Assembly (NCBI RefSeq): GCF_000009045.1
Contig: NC_000964.3
Location: forward strand, 1,740,001 to 1,772,000
Direction: 5' to 3'
DNA: 32,000 bases
Origin: Bacillus subtilis subsp. subtilis str. 168
GTDB taxonomy: Bacteria > Bacillota > Bacilli > Bacillales > Bacillaceae
Shown: in pieces, positions 19,655-28,940 of the stretch
How the letters are laid out: each line of letters starts with the position of its first letter
Position numbering within the stretch: position 1 is the first letter of the stretch
Notes under the pieces: model-generated
Told to the model about the DNA's origin: nothing
Database searches by the model: none
What the model saw: the letters and a program-made list of their open reading frames with translations, nothing else
Made by a program: the position numbers and the translations under genes

Positions 19655-20383
19655 ATGAACAAAACAGCACTAATCACCGGAGCAAGCGGCGGCATTGGCA
19701 AAAGCATCAGCGAAACCCTTGCAGCTAGAGGATACAATCTGCTGCTGCATTACAATACAAATCAAAACGCGGCAGCGGAGCTTGCTGAAAAACTAAGTCA
19801 GATGTTTGGCGTAAATGCGGAGATATTACAAGCTGACCTGTCCGCGCAAGATGGAGCAGATAAGCTGACAAGTTCAATTGTTCAGCCGATTGATGCGATT
19901 GTTTTAAACAGCGGACGAAGCCATTTTGGGCTGATTACGGATGTAGATAACGCAACGGTCCAGGAAATGGTTCAGCTTCATGTGGCGAGTCCGTATATGC
20001 TGACGAGAAACCTTCTGCCAGGCATGATTCGGAATAAATCGGGAGCGATTGTGGCTGTCAGCTCGATTTGGGGAGAGACTGGAGCATCCTGTGAAGTGTT
20101 GTACAGCATGGCAAAAGGAGCTCAGCATTCATTTGTAAAAGGATTGGCTAAGGAGCTGGCGCCAAGCGGAATCAGAGTAAACGCCGTAGCGCCGGGTGCA
20201 GTTGATACAAATATGATGAATCAATTTACCCCGGCTGAAAAAGAAGAGATCGCTGATGAGATTCCGATCGGCCGGCTGGCCCGGCCGCAAGAAATTGCGG
20301 ATGCAACAGCTTTTCTCCTGTCTGAAAAAGCGTCATATATCACCGGCCAAATTCTGTCGGTGAATGGCGGCTGGCACTGCTGA
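19655..20383 (+). CDS. ymfI: Short-chain dehydrogenase/reductase YmfI (3-oxoacyl-ACP reductase-like)
   Basis: MNKTALITGASGGIGKSISETLAARGY, SxxxxxxxxxxYSMAKGAQ catalytic region, INAVAPGAVDT-like segment. ATG 19655 with RBS gaaagagg. The 19619 track start is inside the ymfH terminator. Confidence 0.92.
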   Translation: MNKTALITGASGGIGKSISETLAARGYNLLLHYNTNQNAAAELAEKLSQMFGVNAEILQADLSAQDGADKLTSSIVQPIDAIVLNSGRSHFGLITDVDNATVQEMVQLHVASPYMLTRNLLPGMIRNKSGAIVAVSSIWGETGASCEVLYSMAKGAQHSFVKGLAKELAPSGIRVNAVAPGAVDTNMMNQFTPAEKEEIADEIPIGRLARPQEIADATAFLLSEKASYITGQILSVNGGWHC

Positions 20384-20463
20384 TCCGAAAATATTCGGTG
20401 TATAGTTTCTTTTGCGAAGGACACAATAATCTTGTAACTTCACATGAAATGGAGGAAACAAGC

Positions 20464-20721
20464 ATGTCAGTATTAGAAAACTGGGATAGCTGGAAAAACT
20501 TCCTTGGCGACCGTCTGAACTATGCGCAAGATAAAGGTATGAGCCAGGATACGATTACAGATCTTGCGACAGAAATCGGCAGCTACTTGGCTAATGAAGT
20601 GGAATCTAAGAACGAGCAGGAAAAAGTGCTGGCAGATCTTTGGAGTGTAGCATCAAAAGATGAACAGCACGCCATTGCCAATATGATGGTTAAGCTTGTT
20701 GAAAATAACAGCACTCACTAG
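20464..20721 (+). CDS. ymfJ: Small conserved protein YmfJ (DUF3243 family)
   Basis: MSVLENWDSWKNFLGDRLNYAQDKGMSQDTITDLATEIGSYLANEVESKNEQEKVLADLW. Start 20464 with RBS ggaggaaac gives 85 aa; the 20398 start is rejected. Confidence 0.88.
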   Translation: MSVLENWDSWKNFLGDRLNYAQDKGMSQDTITDLATEIGSYLANEVESKNEQEKVLADLWSVASKDEQHAIANMMVKLVENNSTH

Positions 20722-20751
20722 GAAGAGAGGGGATTTTTCCTCTCTTTTTTA
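20721..20751 (+). terminator. Terminator after ymfJ
   Basis: gaagagaggggatttttcctctctttttt: stem plus T-run. Confidence 0.88.
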
Positions 20752-20850
20752 TGTTTTCCTCATCACAGCAACATTCTTCTTTCTAATTAGAGAAAAATGC
20801 TTTATGATAAAGGAAGGTAAAATTTTGCCACAATGAAGGGGGTATATCAT

Positions 20851-21640
20851 TTGGCAAAGCTCGAATGGTATTTTGAATATGAAATTCAAGTGAACCGCCC
20901 CGGACTGCTCGGGGATATTTCATCTCTTCTTGGGATGCTTTCTATCAACATCGTAACGATAAACGGCGTCGATCTTTCCAGAAGGGGAATGCTCCTCAGG
21001 TGCCGCCATATAGATCAAATTAAACGATTAGAATCAATCTTAAAAACGATGGAAACAATTAAAGTAACGAAGCTTAGAGAACCGAGGCTTCGCGACCGTC
21101 TTGCCGTACGCCACGGCCGTTATATTCAACGGGATGCCGATGACAAGAAAACGTTCCGCTTTGAACGGGACGAGCTTGGCTTATTAGTCGATTTTATGGC
21201 CGAATTGTTCAAAAAAGAAGGCCATAAATTAATCGGAATCAGAGGTATGCCGCGTGTCGGGAAAACGGAATCGATTGTAGCCTCTAGTGTGTGCGAGCAA
21301 AAGGTGGCTGTTTGTGTCATCAACCTTGCTGAAGCAGACGATAAGAAGCCAGCTGATTGCCGATGAATACAGCACTGAAAATGTCTTTATCGTTGACGGA
21401 ATTGTGTCAACACGAAGAGGGTCAGAACGCCATCTCCAGCTGGTCCGAGAAATCATGCGGCTGCCTGCAACAAAAGTGGTGGAGCATCCGGACATATTCG
21501 TTCAAAATACAGAGTATACACTAGATGACTTTGATTATATTATTGAACTGAGAAATGACCCTGATGAGGTTATTACATATGAACATGCCGAGGAACCCCA
21601 AATGTTTGATCAATCCGGGTTTTCAAGCTTTGATTTTTAA
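20851..21640 (+). pseudogene. ymfK: YmfK (DUF3388-like), apparently frameshifted: 5' part 20851-21366, 3' part in the +1 frame from about 21287 to 21640
   Basis: ACT-like N-terminus (YEIQVNRPGLLGDISSLLGMLSINIVTINGVDLSRRG) in frame 1. Frame 2 continues without a convincing start of its own: CASKRWLFVSSTLLKQTIRSQLIADEYSTENVFIVDG...SGFSSFDF. The junction is at (GT)3 near 21286-21292. Start TTG 20851 with RBS gaaggggg. Confidence 0.75.
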
Positions 21641-21658
21641 AATTGGAAGGTGTTTGTT

Positions 21659-22573
21659 GTGACTGAACTAGGAATCCGGCTCAAAGAAGCCAGAGAGGAA
21701 AAAGCAATGTCATTGGATGATCTCCAAGCGGCAACAAAGATTCAAAAAAGGTATTTAACCGCCTTGGAGGAAGGAAACTATGACATTATTCCGGGGAAGT
21801 TTTATGTTCGGGCATTCATCAAGCAATATGCAGAAGCCGTTGGGCTTGATGCGGATCAGCTGTTTGAGGAGCATAAAAAAGATATCCCTAATACGTATCA
21901 TGATGATGTGTCTGAAAAGATCTCCGGCATGAATCTTCAAAAGGAAATGCCAAAGCCAGCATCTAAGGCGCTGGAGCTGCTGCCAACAATACTTGTTATT
22001 CTCGGCGTGATTGTCGTGATTGCCATTGTGTACGCGATCATTCAATTTGCCAATCACAAAAACAGTGATGATCACAATGCGGCATCAGAAAAAGCAATTA
22101 CGCAAAGTGAGAGCAAGTACGAAATCCCTAAAGATTCAACGCTGAAAGAGAATCAAAATAACAGCTCTGAAAAAGAGACAGACACTAAAAAAGAAACGAA
22201 AGAAAACGAAGATAAGAAAAAAGAAAATGACAGTGAGAAGCTGGAGATTAAAGCTGCTGGCACTGAAGGATCGTTAACGACTTATGAAGTGTCCGGCGCT
22301 GATAAAATCGAGCTGGAACTGAAGGCATCAGACAGCTCCTGGATTAGAGTGCGCGATGAAAACAGCAGCTCTTTAAAAGAAGGAACGCTGAAAAAAGACG
22401 AAACCTATAAAAAAGACATAACTGATCAGAAACAAGTTGATATCCGCACCGGATATGCACCTAATCTGAAAATAAAAATCAACGGTAAGGTTCTTTCATA
22501 TGAACTTGATCCGAAAAAAGTGATGGCACAAACCATAAAGATTGTAAATAAAAAGGAAGAAAAGTCATCTTAA
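21659..22573 (+). CDS. rodZ: RodZ-like cell-shape protein YmfM (HTH + TM + C-terminal domain)
   Basis: TELGIRLKEAREEKAMSLDDLQAATKIQKRYLTALEEGNYDIIPGKFYVRAFIKQYAEAVGLD (HTH_25), TM LPTILVILGVIVVIAIVYAIIQF, charged linker, C-terminal domain. GTG 21659 with RBS ggaaggtg. Confidence 0.9.
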   Translation: MTELGIRLKEAREEKAMSLDDLQAATKIQKRYLTALEEGNYDIIPGKFYVRAFIKQYAEAVGLDADQLFEEHKKDIPNTYHDDVSEKISGMNLQKEMPKPASKALELLPTILVILGVIVVIAIVYAIIQFANHKNSDDHNAASEKAITQSESKYEIPKDSTLKENQNNSSEKETDTKKETKENEDKKKENDSEKLEIKAAGTEGSLTTYEVSGADKIELELKASDSSWIRVRDENSSSLKEGTLKKDETYKKDITDQKQVDIRTGYAPNLKIKINGKVLSYELDPKKVMAQTIKIVNKKEEKSS

Positions 22574-22594
22574 TTACCAGATGACTTTTCTTCA
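22559..22594 (+). terminator. Hairpin spanning the end of rodZ
   Basis: GAAAAGTCATCT (22559-22570) and AGATGACTTTTC (22579-22590), 12-bp perfect inverted repeat. The 3' side is T-rich but there is no long T-run. Confidence 0.6.
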
Positions 22595-22622
22595 CGTCCG
22601 AGTATGAAATTGGAGGGGCTTT

Positions 22623-23204
22623 ATGTTTAACTTACCAAATAAAATCACACTAGCTAGAATCGCATTAATCCCAATCTTCATGATTATCATGCTGGCGCCG
22701 TTTGACTGGGGCAGGCTCGAAGTTGGAGACGAATCCATCCCGGTCGCACATTTGGCGGGGGCCATTCTATTTATTATTGCATCTACAACAGACTGGGTGG
22801 ACGGGTATTATGCCCGAAAATTAAATCTCGTAACAAACTTCGGGAAATTTCTTGATCCGCTTGCGGACAAACTGCTCGTATCCGCAGCGTTAATTATCCT
22901 TGTTCAATTTGATCTCGCTCCAGCTTGGATGGTCATTGTGATTATCAGCAGGGAGTTTGCCGTGACAGGTTTAAGGCTTGTCTTAGCCGGAACAGGAGAA
23001 GTCGTAGCTGCTAACATGCTTGGTAAAATCAAAACCTGGGCACAGATTATTGCGGTATCTGCATTGCTTCTTCATAATCTTCCATTTGAACTTGTGTCAT
23101 TCCCGTTTGCAGACTTGGCGCTGTGGGTAGCCGTCTTCTTTACTGTCGTCTCAGGCTGGGAATATTTCTCTAAAAATTGGGAAGCGTTAAAAACATCTAA
23201 CTAA
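22623..23204 (+). CDS. pgsA: CDP-diacylglycerol--glycerol-3-phosphate 3-phosphatidyltransferase
   Basis: [19 protein letters not shown]; CDP-alcohol phosphatidyltransferase motif [29 protein letters not shown]; 193 aa. Confidence 0.96.
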   Translation: MFNLPNKITLARIALIPIFMIIMLAPFDWGRLEVGDESIPVAHLAGAILFIIASTTDWVDGYYARKLNLVTNFGKFLDPLADKLLVSAALIILVQFDLAPAWMVIVIISREFAVTGLRLVLAGTGEVVAANMLGKIKTWAQIIAVSALLLHNLPFELVSFPFADLALWVAVFFTVVSGWEYFSKNWEALKTSN

Positions 23205-23221
23205 GAAAGAAGGACTTCGTC

Positions 23222-24472
23222 ATGGAATTTCCAAAAAAAGCAGAAATAATTGCAGTCGGTTCAGAGTTGCTGCTTGGTCAAATCGCCAATACAAATGCTC
23301 AATTTATCAGCAAACAGCTCGCTGAAATCGGGGTCAACGTATTTTATCATACAGCGGTCGGAGATAACCCGGAGCGGCTGAAGCAGGTCATCCGCATTGC
23401 TGAAGAACGCTCTGACTTCATTATTTTTTCAGGAGGGCTTGGACCCACAAAAGATGATCTGACGAAAGAAACGATTGCAAATACGCTGGGACGTCCGCTT
23501 GTGTTAAATGATGAGGCATTCCAATCCATTGAGGACTATTTCAAACGAACAAAACGCACGATGTCACCTAATAACCGAAAACAGGCGCTTGTGATCGAAG
23601 GCTCTGACGTGCTGGCGAATCACTTTGGAATGGCCCCGGGAATGCTCACAGAGCATGAATCGCGCTATTATATGCTTCTTCCTGGACCGCCGAGCGAATT
23701 GCGTCCAATGTTTGAAAACGAGGCAAAGCCTCTTCTGCTGAAAAAGATGGGTTCAAATGAAAAAATTGTGTCAACTGTTCTTCGCTTTTTCGGTATCGGT
23801 GAATCTCAGCTTGAAGCCGATTTGGAAGATATTATTGATGCACAAACCAATCCGACAATTGCGCCTTTGGCGGCTGATGGAGAGGTGACGCTGCGTCTGA
23901 CAGCCAAACACGCCGATGAAAAGGAAACAGAGCGTCTGTTAAAAGAAACAGAGGCCGTTATCTTAGAGCGTGTCGGTGAATTTTTCTATGGTTACGATGA
24001 TACTTCTCTTGTAAAAGAGCTATCTATAGCATGTAAGGAAAAAGGCATAACAATTTCTGCGGCAGAAAGCTTTACCGGAGGGCTGTTTTCTGAATGGCTG
24101 ACGGATCATAGCGGTGCCTCAAAATTATTTGCCGGGGGCGTTGTTTGCTATACAAACGACGTGAAGCAGAATGTGCTTGGTGTCAAGAAGGAAACATTAG
24201 ATCGTTTTGGGGCGGTCAGCAAGGAGTGCGCATCCGAACTGGCTAAGGGTGTTCAAAAACTCACTGGCAGCGATATCGGCATTAGCTTTACTGGTGTAGC
24301 AGGACCTGATGCTCAAGAAGGGCATGAGCCTGGGCATGTGTTTATCGGCATTTCCGCAAATGGTAAAGAAGAGGTTCACGAGTTTCACTTTGCGGGCTCC
24401 AGAACGGGGATCAGAAAACGCGGCGCTAAATACGGCTGCCATTTAATCTTAAAGCTTTTAGAGCAAAAATAA
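23222..24472 (+). CDS. cinA: Competence-damage inducible protein CinA
   Basis: [48 protein letters not shown]-terminal [36 protein letters not shown]; 416 aa. Confidence 0.96.
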   Translation: MEFPKKAEIIAVGSELLLGQIANTNAQFISKQLAEIGVNVFYHTAVGDNPERLKQVIRIAEERSDFIIFSGGLGPTKDDLTKETIANTLGRPLVLNDEAFQSIEDYFKRTKRTMSPNNRKQALVIEGSDVLANHFGMAPGMLTEHESRYYMLLPGPPSELRPMFENEAKPLLLKKMGSNEKIVSTVLRFFGIGESQLEADLEDIIDAQTNPTIAPLAADGEVTLRLTAKHADEKETERLLKETEAVILERVGEFFYGYDDTSLVKELSIACKEKGITISAAESFTGGLFSEWLTDHSGASKLFAGGVVCYTNDVKQNVLGVKKETLDRFGAVSKECASELAKGVQKLTGSDIGISFTGVAGPDAQEGHEPGHVFIGISANGKEEVHEFHFAGSRTGIRKRGAKYGCHLILKLLEQK

Positions 24473-24544
24473 TATTTTCAGCACATTATCCTCCTAAGAA
24501 AACATGATTTCTCTGATACATTATGATATTTTGATAGGAATCAC

Positions 24545-24585
24545 GCCAAGAAAAAATCCGAATATGCGTTCGCTTTTTTCTTGGC
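24545..24585. repeat. 41-bp palindromic region with 12-bp perfect arms around the SOS box
   Basis: GCCAAGAAAAAA (24545-24556) and TTTTTTCTTGGC (24574-24585). Confidence 0.9.
24559..24572. promoter_or_regulatory. LexA (DinR) SOS box of recA
   Basis: CGAATATGCGTTCG matches the B. subtilis SOS consensus CGAACRNRYGTTYG with one mismatch. Confidence 0.92.
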
Positions 24586-24609
24586 AAATCCCTTCAAACA
24601 GGGTATAGT
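24581..24609 (+). promoter_or_regulatory. Sigma-A promoter of recA
   Basis: TTGGCA (24581-24586), 17-nt spacer, TATAGT (24604-24609), just downstream of the SOS box. Confidence 0.7.
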
Positions 24610-24644
24610 ATATGTAGTGGTAACATAAAGGAGGAAAAAATAGA

Positions 24645-25691
24645 ATGAGTGATCGTCAGGCAGCCTTAGATATGGCTCTTAAACAAATAGAAAAACAGTT
24701 CGGCAAAGGTTCCATTATGAAACTGGGAGAAAAGACAGATACAAGAATTTCTACTGTACCAAGCGGCTCCCTCGCTCTTGATACAGCACTGGGAATTGGC
24801 GGATATCCTCGCGGACGGATTATTGAAGTATACGGTCCTGAAAGCTCAGGTAAAACAACTGTGGCGCTTCATGCGATTGCTGAAGTTCAGCAGCAGGGCG
24901 GACAAGCCGCGTTTATCGATGCGGAGCATGCGTTAGATCCGGTATACGCGCAAAAGCTCGGTGTTAACATCGAAGAGCTTTTACTGTCTCAGCCTGACAC
25001 AGGCGAGCAGGCGCTTGAAATTGCGGAAGCATTGGTTCGAAGCGGGGCAGTTGACATTGTCGTTGTCGACTCTGTAGCCGCTCTCGTTCCGAAAGCGGAA
25101 ATTGAAGGCGACATGGGAGATTCGCATGTCGGTTTACAAGCACGCTTAATGTCTCAAGCGCTTCGTAAGCTTTCAGGGGCCATTAACAAATCGAAGACAA
25201 TCGCGATTTTCATTAACCAAATTCGTGAAAAAGTCGGTGTTATGTTCGGGAACCCGGAAACAACACCTGGCGGCCGTGCGTTGAAATTCTATTCTTCCGT
25301 GCGTCTTGAAGTGCGCCGTGCTGAACAGCTGAAACAAGGCAACGACGTAATGGGGAACAAAACGAAAATCAAAGTCGTGAAAAACAAGGTGGCTCCGCCG
25401 TTCCGTACAGCCGAGGTTGACATTATGTACGGAGAAGGCATTTCAAAAGAAGGCGAAATCATTGATCTAGGAACTGAACTTGATATCGTGCAAAAAAGCG
25501 GTTCATGGTACTCTTATGAAGAAGAGCGTCTTGGCCAAGGCCGTGAAAATGCAAAACAATTCCTGAAAGAAAATAAAGATATCATGCTGATGATCCAGGA
25601 GCAAATTCGCGAACATTACGGCTTGGATAATAACGGAGTAGTGCAGCAGCAAGCTGAAGAGACACAAGAAGAACTCGAATTTGAAGAATAA
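24645..25691 (+). CDS. recA: Recombinase RecA
   Basis: [28 protein letters not shown], Walker [11 protein letters not shown], loop motifs [36 protein letters not shown]; 348 aa. Confidence 0.99.
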
Positions 25692-25715
25692 AAATAAAAT
25701 AAGTTTCAAATGATA

Positions 25716-25748
25716 CAAAAGGCTGAGTGAAAAACTCAGCTTTTTTGT
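25716..25748 (+). terminator. Terminator after recA (approximate coordinates)
   Basis: aaaaggctgagtgaaaaactcagcttttttg: GCTGAGT/ACTCAGC stem plus T-run. Confidence 0.9.
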
Positions 25749-25783
25749 ATTTTGCAAAAAAATGATAAAAATATTGCTTTTTT

Positions 25784-25812
25784 TGACAACTTTTTTAGGG
25801 CTTTATTCGTCT
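25784..25812 (+). promoter_or_regulatory. Candidate ECF sigma (SigX-type) promoter of pbpX
   Basis: TGACAAC (25784-25790), 17-nt spacer, CGTCT (25808-25812); compare ECF -35 TGWAAC and -10 CGTC. Confidence 0.65.
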
Positions 25813-25858
25813 AACAAAACGTGTGCAAAATGGAATTTATTTTGGGAGGAAAAAATGA

Positions 25859-27034
25859 ATGACAAGCCCAACCCGCAGAAGAACTGCGAAACGCAGACGG
25901 AGAAAACTAAATAAAAGAGGAAAACTGTTGTTTGGTCTTTTAGCAGTGATGGTTTGCATTACGATTTGGAATGCTCTTCATCGAAATAGTGAAGAAAACG
26001 AACCATCTCAAGAAACTGCAGCGGTTTCAAATACCGATCAGAAAAAAGAGGTCAAAAAGAAAACTGCCAAAAAATCAGAGGAACAAATCAAAACAGTGGA
26101 TCGAAACCAAAAAATCAGCAATTATTTAAAAGAGATCGGTTTCAGCGGAACAGCCATGATTGTCAGAAATGGAGAAATCGTAACAAATAAAGGTTTTGGC
26201 TATGCTGACCGTAAACACTACATTCAAAATAATCCATTGACATCTTTTTATGTCGGTTCATCACAAAAAGCGCTGATTGCAACTGCTATTTTGCAGCTTG
26301 AGGAAAAGGGGAAACTTCAGACAAGTGATCCGGTAAGCACGTATTTACCTCATTTTCCCAACGGACAAACGATTACTTTGAAGAATCTGCTTACACATAC
26401 ATCGGGGATAAACGGACATATTGAAGGAAACGGCGCCATTACTCCGGACGATTTAATAAAAGATATAGAACTTCAGGGAATCAAACGTCAGCCGGGCGTA
26501 TGGGACTACAAGGATTCCAACTATTCTGTTCTTGCTTATATTATTGCTGAAGTAAGCGGTGAGCCCTATGAACAGTACATAAAGAATCATATTTTTAAAC
26601 CTGCGGGAATGACGCATGCAGGCTTTTACAAAACATATGAAAAAGAACCTTATCCTGCCGTCGGGTATAAGATGGAGGGCAGCAAAACAGTTACACCGTA
26701 TATACCTGATTTATCCCAGCTGTATGGAGCGGGTGATATTTATATGAGCGCTATAGATATGTACAAATTTGACCAAGCGCTGATAGACGGAAAACTGTAT
26801 TCGCAAAAAAGCTATGAAAAGATGTTTACGCCAGGGAGCAGCTCCACATACGGCATGGGATTTTATGTTGCTCCCGGAAGCTATTCAAACCATGGTGTTA
26901 TGCCGGGCTTCAATATCTTGAACAGCTTTAGCAAATCTGGGCAAACCATTGTTATTTTGTTCTCAAACATTCAAAATAATGCTAAATTGGGCCAAGTGAA
27001 CAATAAAATATACCAGCTTCTAAATCAAGAATGA
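25859..27034 (+). CDS. pbpX: Penicillin-binding-protein / beta-lactamase-family serine hydrolase PbpX
   Basis: Basic N-terminus (RRRTAKRRRRKLNKRGK) plus TM anchor; SxxK in GSSQKALIAT; LLTHTSGINGH; 391 aa. Confidence 0.93.
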   Translation: MTSPTRRRTAKRRRRKLNKRGKLLFGLLAVMVCITIWNALHRNSEENEPSQETAAVSNTDQKKEVKKKTAKKSEEQIKTVDRNQKISNYLKEIGFSGTAMIVRNGEIVTNKGFGYADRKHYIQNNPLTSFYVGSSQKALIATAILQLEEKGKLQTSDPVSTYLPHFPNGQTITLKNLLTHTSGINGHIEGNGAITPDDLIKDIELQGIKRQPGVWDYKDSNYSVLAYIIAEVSGEPYEQYIKNHIFKPAGMTHAGFYKTYEKEPYPAVGYKMEGSKTVTPYIPDLSQLYGAGDIYMSAIDMYKFDQALIDGKLYSQKSYEKMFTPGSSSTYGMGFYVAPGSYSNHGVMPGFNILNSFSKSGQTIVILFSNIQNNAKLGQVNNKIYQLLNQE

Positions 27035-27110
27035 TTGGCGATCTTCTTTTGGATGAATTGCATTCGGCACGTGAAAAGAAGACTGGCCTGCAAACGTTAA
27101 GATGGCAAGC

Positions 27111-27139
27111 TTGACAAGTATTTCCGACACATTTACAAT
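27111..27139 (+). promoter_or_regulatory. Near-consensus sigma-A promoter upstream of rny
   Basis: TTGACA (27111-27116), 17-nt spacer, TACAAT (27134-27139), implying a leader of about 165 nt. Confidence 0.7.
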
Positions 27140-27309
27140 GAAGTTGTAACATTTGTTTTTTTAACATGATTGTTAAACCATTTAAACTTGACAAGGGCGA
27201 TGAACACACTCATTCCCTGTGAAGGTTCTGTATGTTGAGAAAACTAGACAATGTACATGCCGACACTTTTTAAGCAACAACCAAGTTCATAGCAAGAGGA
27301 GGTGAAAGT

Positions 27310-28872
27310 ATGACCCCAATTATGATGGTTCTCATCTCCATTTTGCTGATTCTACTCGGTTTAGTTGTTGGCTACTTTGTTCGTAAAACCATTGCCGAAG
27401 CGAAAATTGCGGGCGCACGCGGTGCAGCCGAGCAAATTCTTGAAGATGCGAAGCGTGATGCTGAAGCACTGAAAAAAGAAGCTCTGCTTGAAGCAAAGGA
27501 TGAAATCCACAAACTTCGAATAGATGCTGAACAGGAAGTTCGTGAAAGACGAAATGAGCTTCAAAAACAAGAAAACCGTTTACTCCAAAAGGAGGAAAAC
27601 CTTGATCGCAAACATGAGGGAATTGATAAACGGGAAGCGATGTTGGAGAAGAAAGATCATTCTCTGAATGAACGACAACAACATATTGAAGAGATGGAAA
27701 GCAAAGTGGATGAGATGATTCGTATGCAGCAGTCTGAGTTGGAACGAATTTCGAGTCTGACTCGTGACGAAGCGAAACAAATCATTCTTGAGCGGGTTGA
27801 AAACGAGCTTTCACATGACATCGCCATCATGACAAAAGAAACTGAAAACCGTGCGAAAGAAGAGGCGGATAAGAAAGCGAAAAACATTCTTTCACTCGCC
27901 TTACAGCGCTGCGCAGCGGACCACGTTGCCGAAACAACGGTATCAGTTGTCAATCTTCCAAATGATGAGATGAAAGGACGTATCATCGGACGGGAAGGGC
28001 GTAACATTCGTACGCTTGAAACGCTGACAGGAATTGACCTGATTATTGATGATACGCCTGAAGCTGTCATTCTTTCCGGATTTGATCCGATCAGACGTGA
28101 GACAGCCAGAATTGCTCTTGATAAACTCGTTCAGGATGGCCGTATTCATCCGGCACGGATTGAAGAAATGGTTGAAAAATCTCGCCGCGAGGTCGATGAC
28201 TATATTCGTGAGATGGGTGAGCAAACGACATTTGAGGTTGGCGTTCATGGCCTCCACCCAGATCTCATCAAGATCCTCGGCCGCTTAAAGTTCCGTACAA
28301 GCTACGGTCAAAATGTGCTTAAGCATTCCATGGAAGTCGCATTCTTGGCCGGTCTAATGGCATCGGAGCTTGGTGAAGACGCAAAGCTTGCTAAACGTGC
28401 GGGTCTTCTTCACGACATCGGGAAAGCAATTGACCATGAAGTAGAAGGAAGCCACGTTGAGATCGGGGTAGAGCTTGCGACCAAATATAAAGAGCACCCA
28501 GTCGTGATTAACAGTATTGCATCACACCACGGGGACGAGGAGCCGACTTCCATTATTGCTGTACTGGTAGCTGCAGCAGATGCGCTTTCCGCTGCAAGAC
28601 CTGGCGCAAGAAGTGAGACGCTCGAGAATTATATTCGAAGACTTGAAAAACTTGAAGAAATTTCTGAGTCCTACGAAGGTGTTGAAAAATCATTTGCCAT
28701 TCAGGCTGGACGCGAAGTGCGAATTATGGTGAAGCCGGATTCAATTAATGATCTTGAGGCTCATCGACTGGCGCGAGATATCCGCAAGCGAATTGAGGAC
28801 GAGCTCGATTATCCAGGTCATATTAAGGTGACAGTAATCAGAGAGACTCGAGCCGTAGAGTATGCAAAATAA
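27310..28872 (+). CDS. rny: Ribonuclease Y
   Basis: N-terminal TM, coiled coil, KH domain ([40 protein letters not shown]), HD domain ([37 protein letters not shown]); 520 aa. Confidence 0.98.
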   Translation: MTPIMMVLISILLILLGLVVGYFVRKTIAEAKIAGARGAAEQILEDAKRDAEALKKEALLEAKDEIHKLRIDAEQEVRERRNELQKQENRLLQKEENLDRKHEGIDKREAMLEKKDHSLNERQQHIEEMESKVDEMIRMQQSELERISSLTRDEAKQIILERVENELSHDIAIMTKETENRAKEEADKKAKNILSLALQRCAADHVAETTVSVVNLPNDEMKGRIIGREGRNIRTLETLTGIDLIIDDTPEAVILSGFDPIRRETARIALDKLVQDGRIHPARIEEMVEKSRREVDDYIREMGEQTTFEVGVHGLHPDLIKILGRLKFRTSYGQNVLKHSMEVAFLAGLMASELGEDAKLAKRAGLLHDIGKAIDHEVEGSHVEIGVELATKYKEHPVVINSIASHHGDEEPTSIIAVLVAAADALSAARPGARSETLENYIRRLEKLEEISESYEGVEKSFAIQAGREVRIMVKPDSINDLEAHRLARDIRKRIEDELDYPGHIKVTVIRETRAVEYAK

Positions 28873-28903
28873 AGTGATGCGCTAAGCATCACTTTATTTT
28901 TTT
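28870..28903 (+). terminator. Terminator after rny
   Basis: TAAAGTGATGC (28870-28880) and GCATCACTTTA (28886-28896) plus tttttt. Confidence 0.92.
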
Positions 28904-28940
28904 GACGGCAAGGAATTTTCAAGAAGAAAGGATTTACAAA

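Noticed and set aside
20398-20463. N-terminal extension of ymfJ in the ORF track (MYSFFCEGHNNLVTSHEMEETS)
   Set aside because: A strong RBS (ggaggaaac) sits directly before ATG 20464. The extension looks like intergenic sequence.
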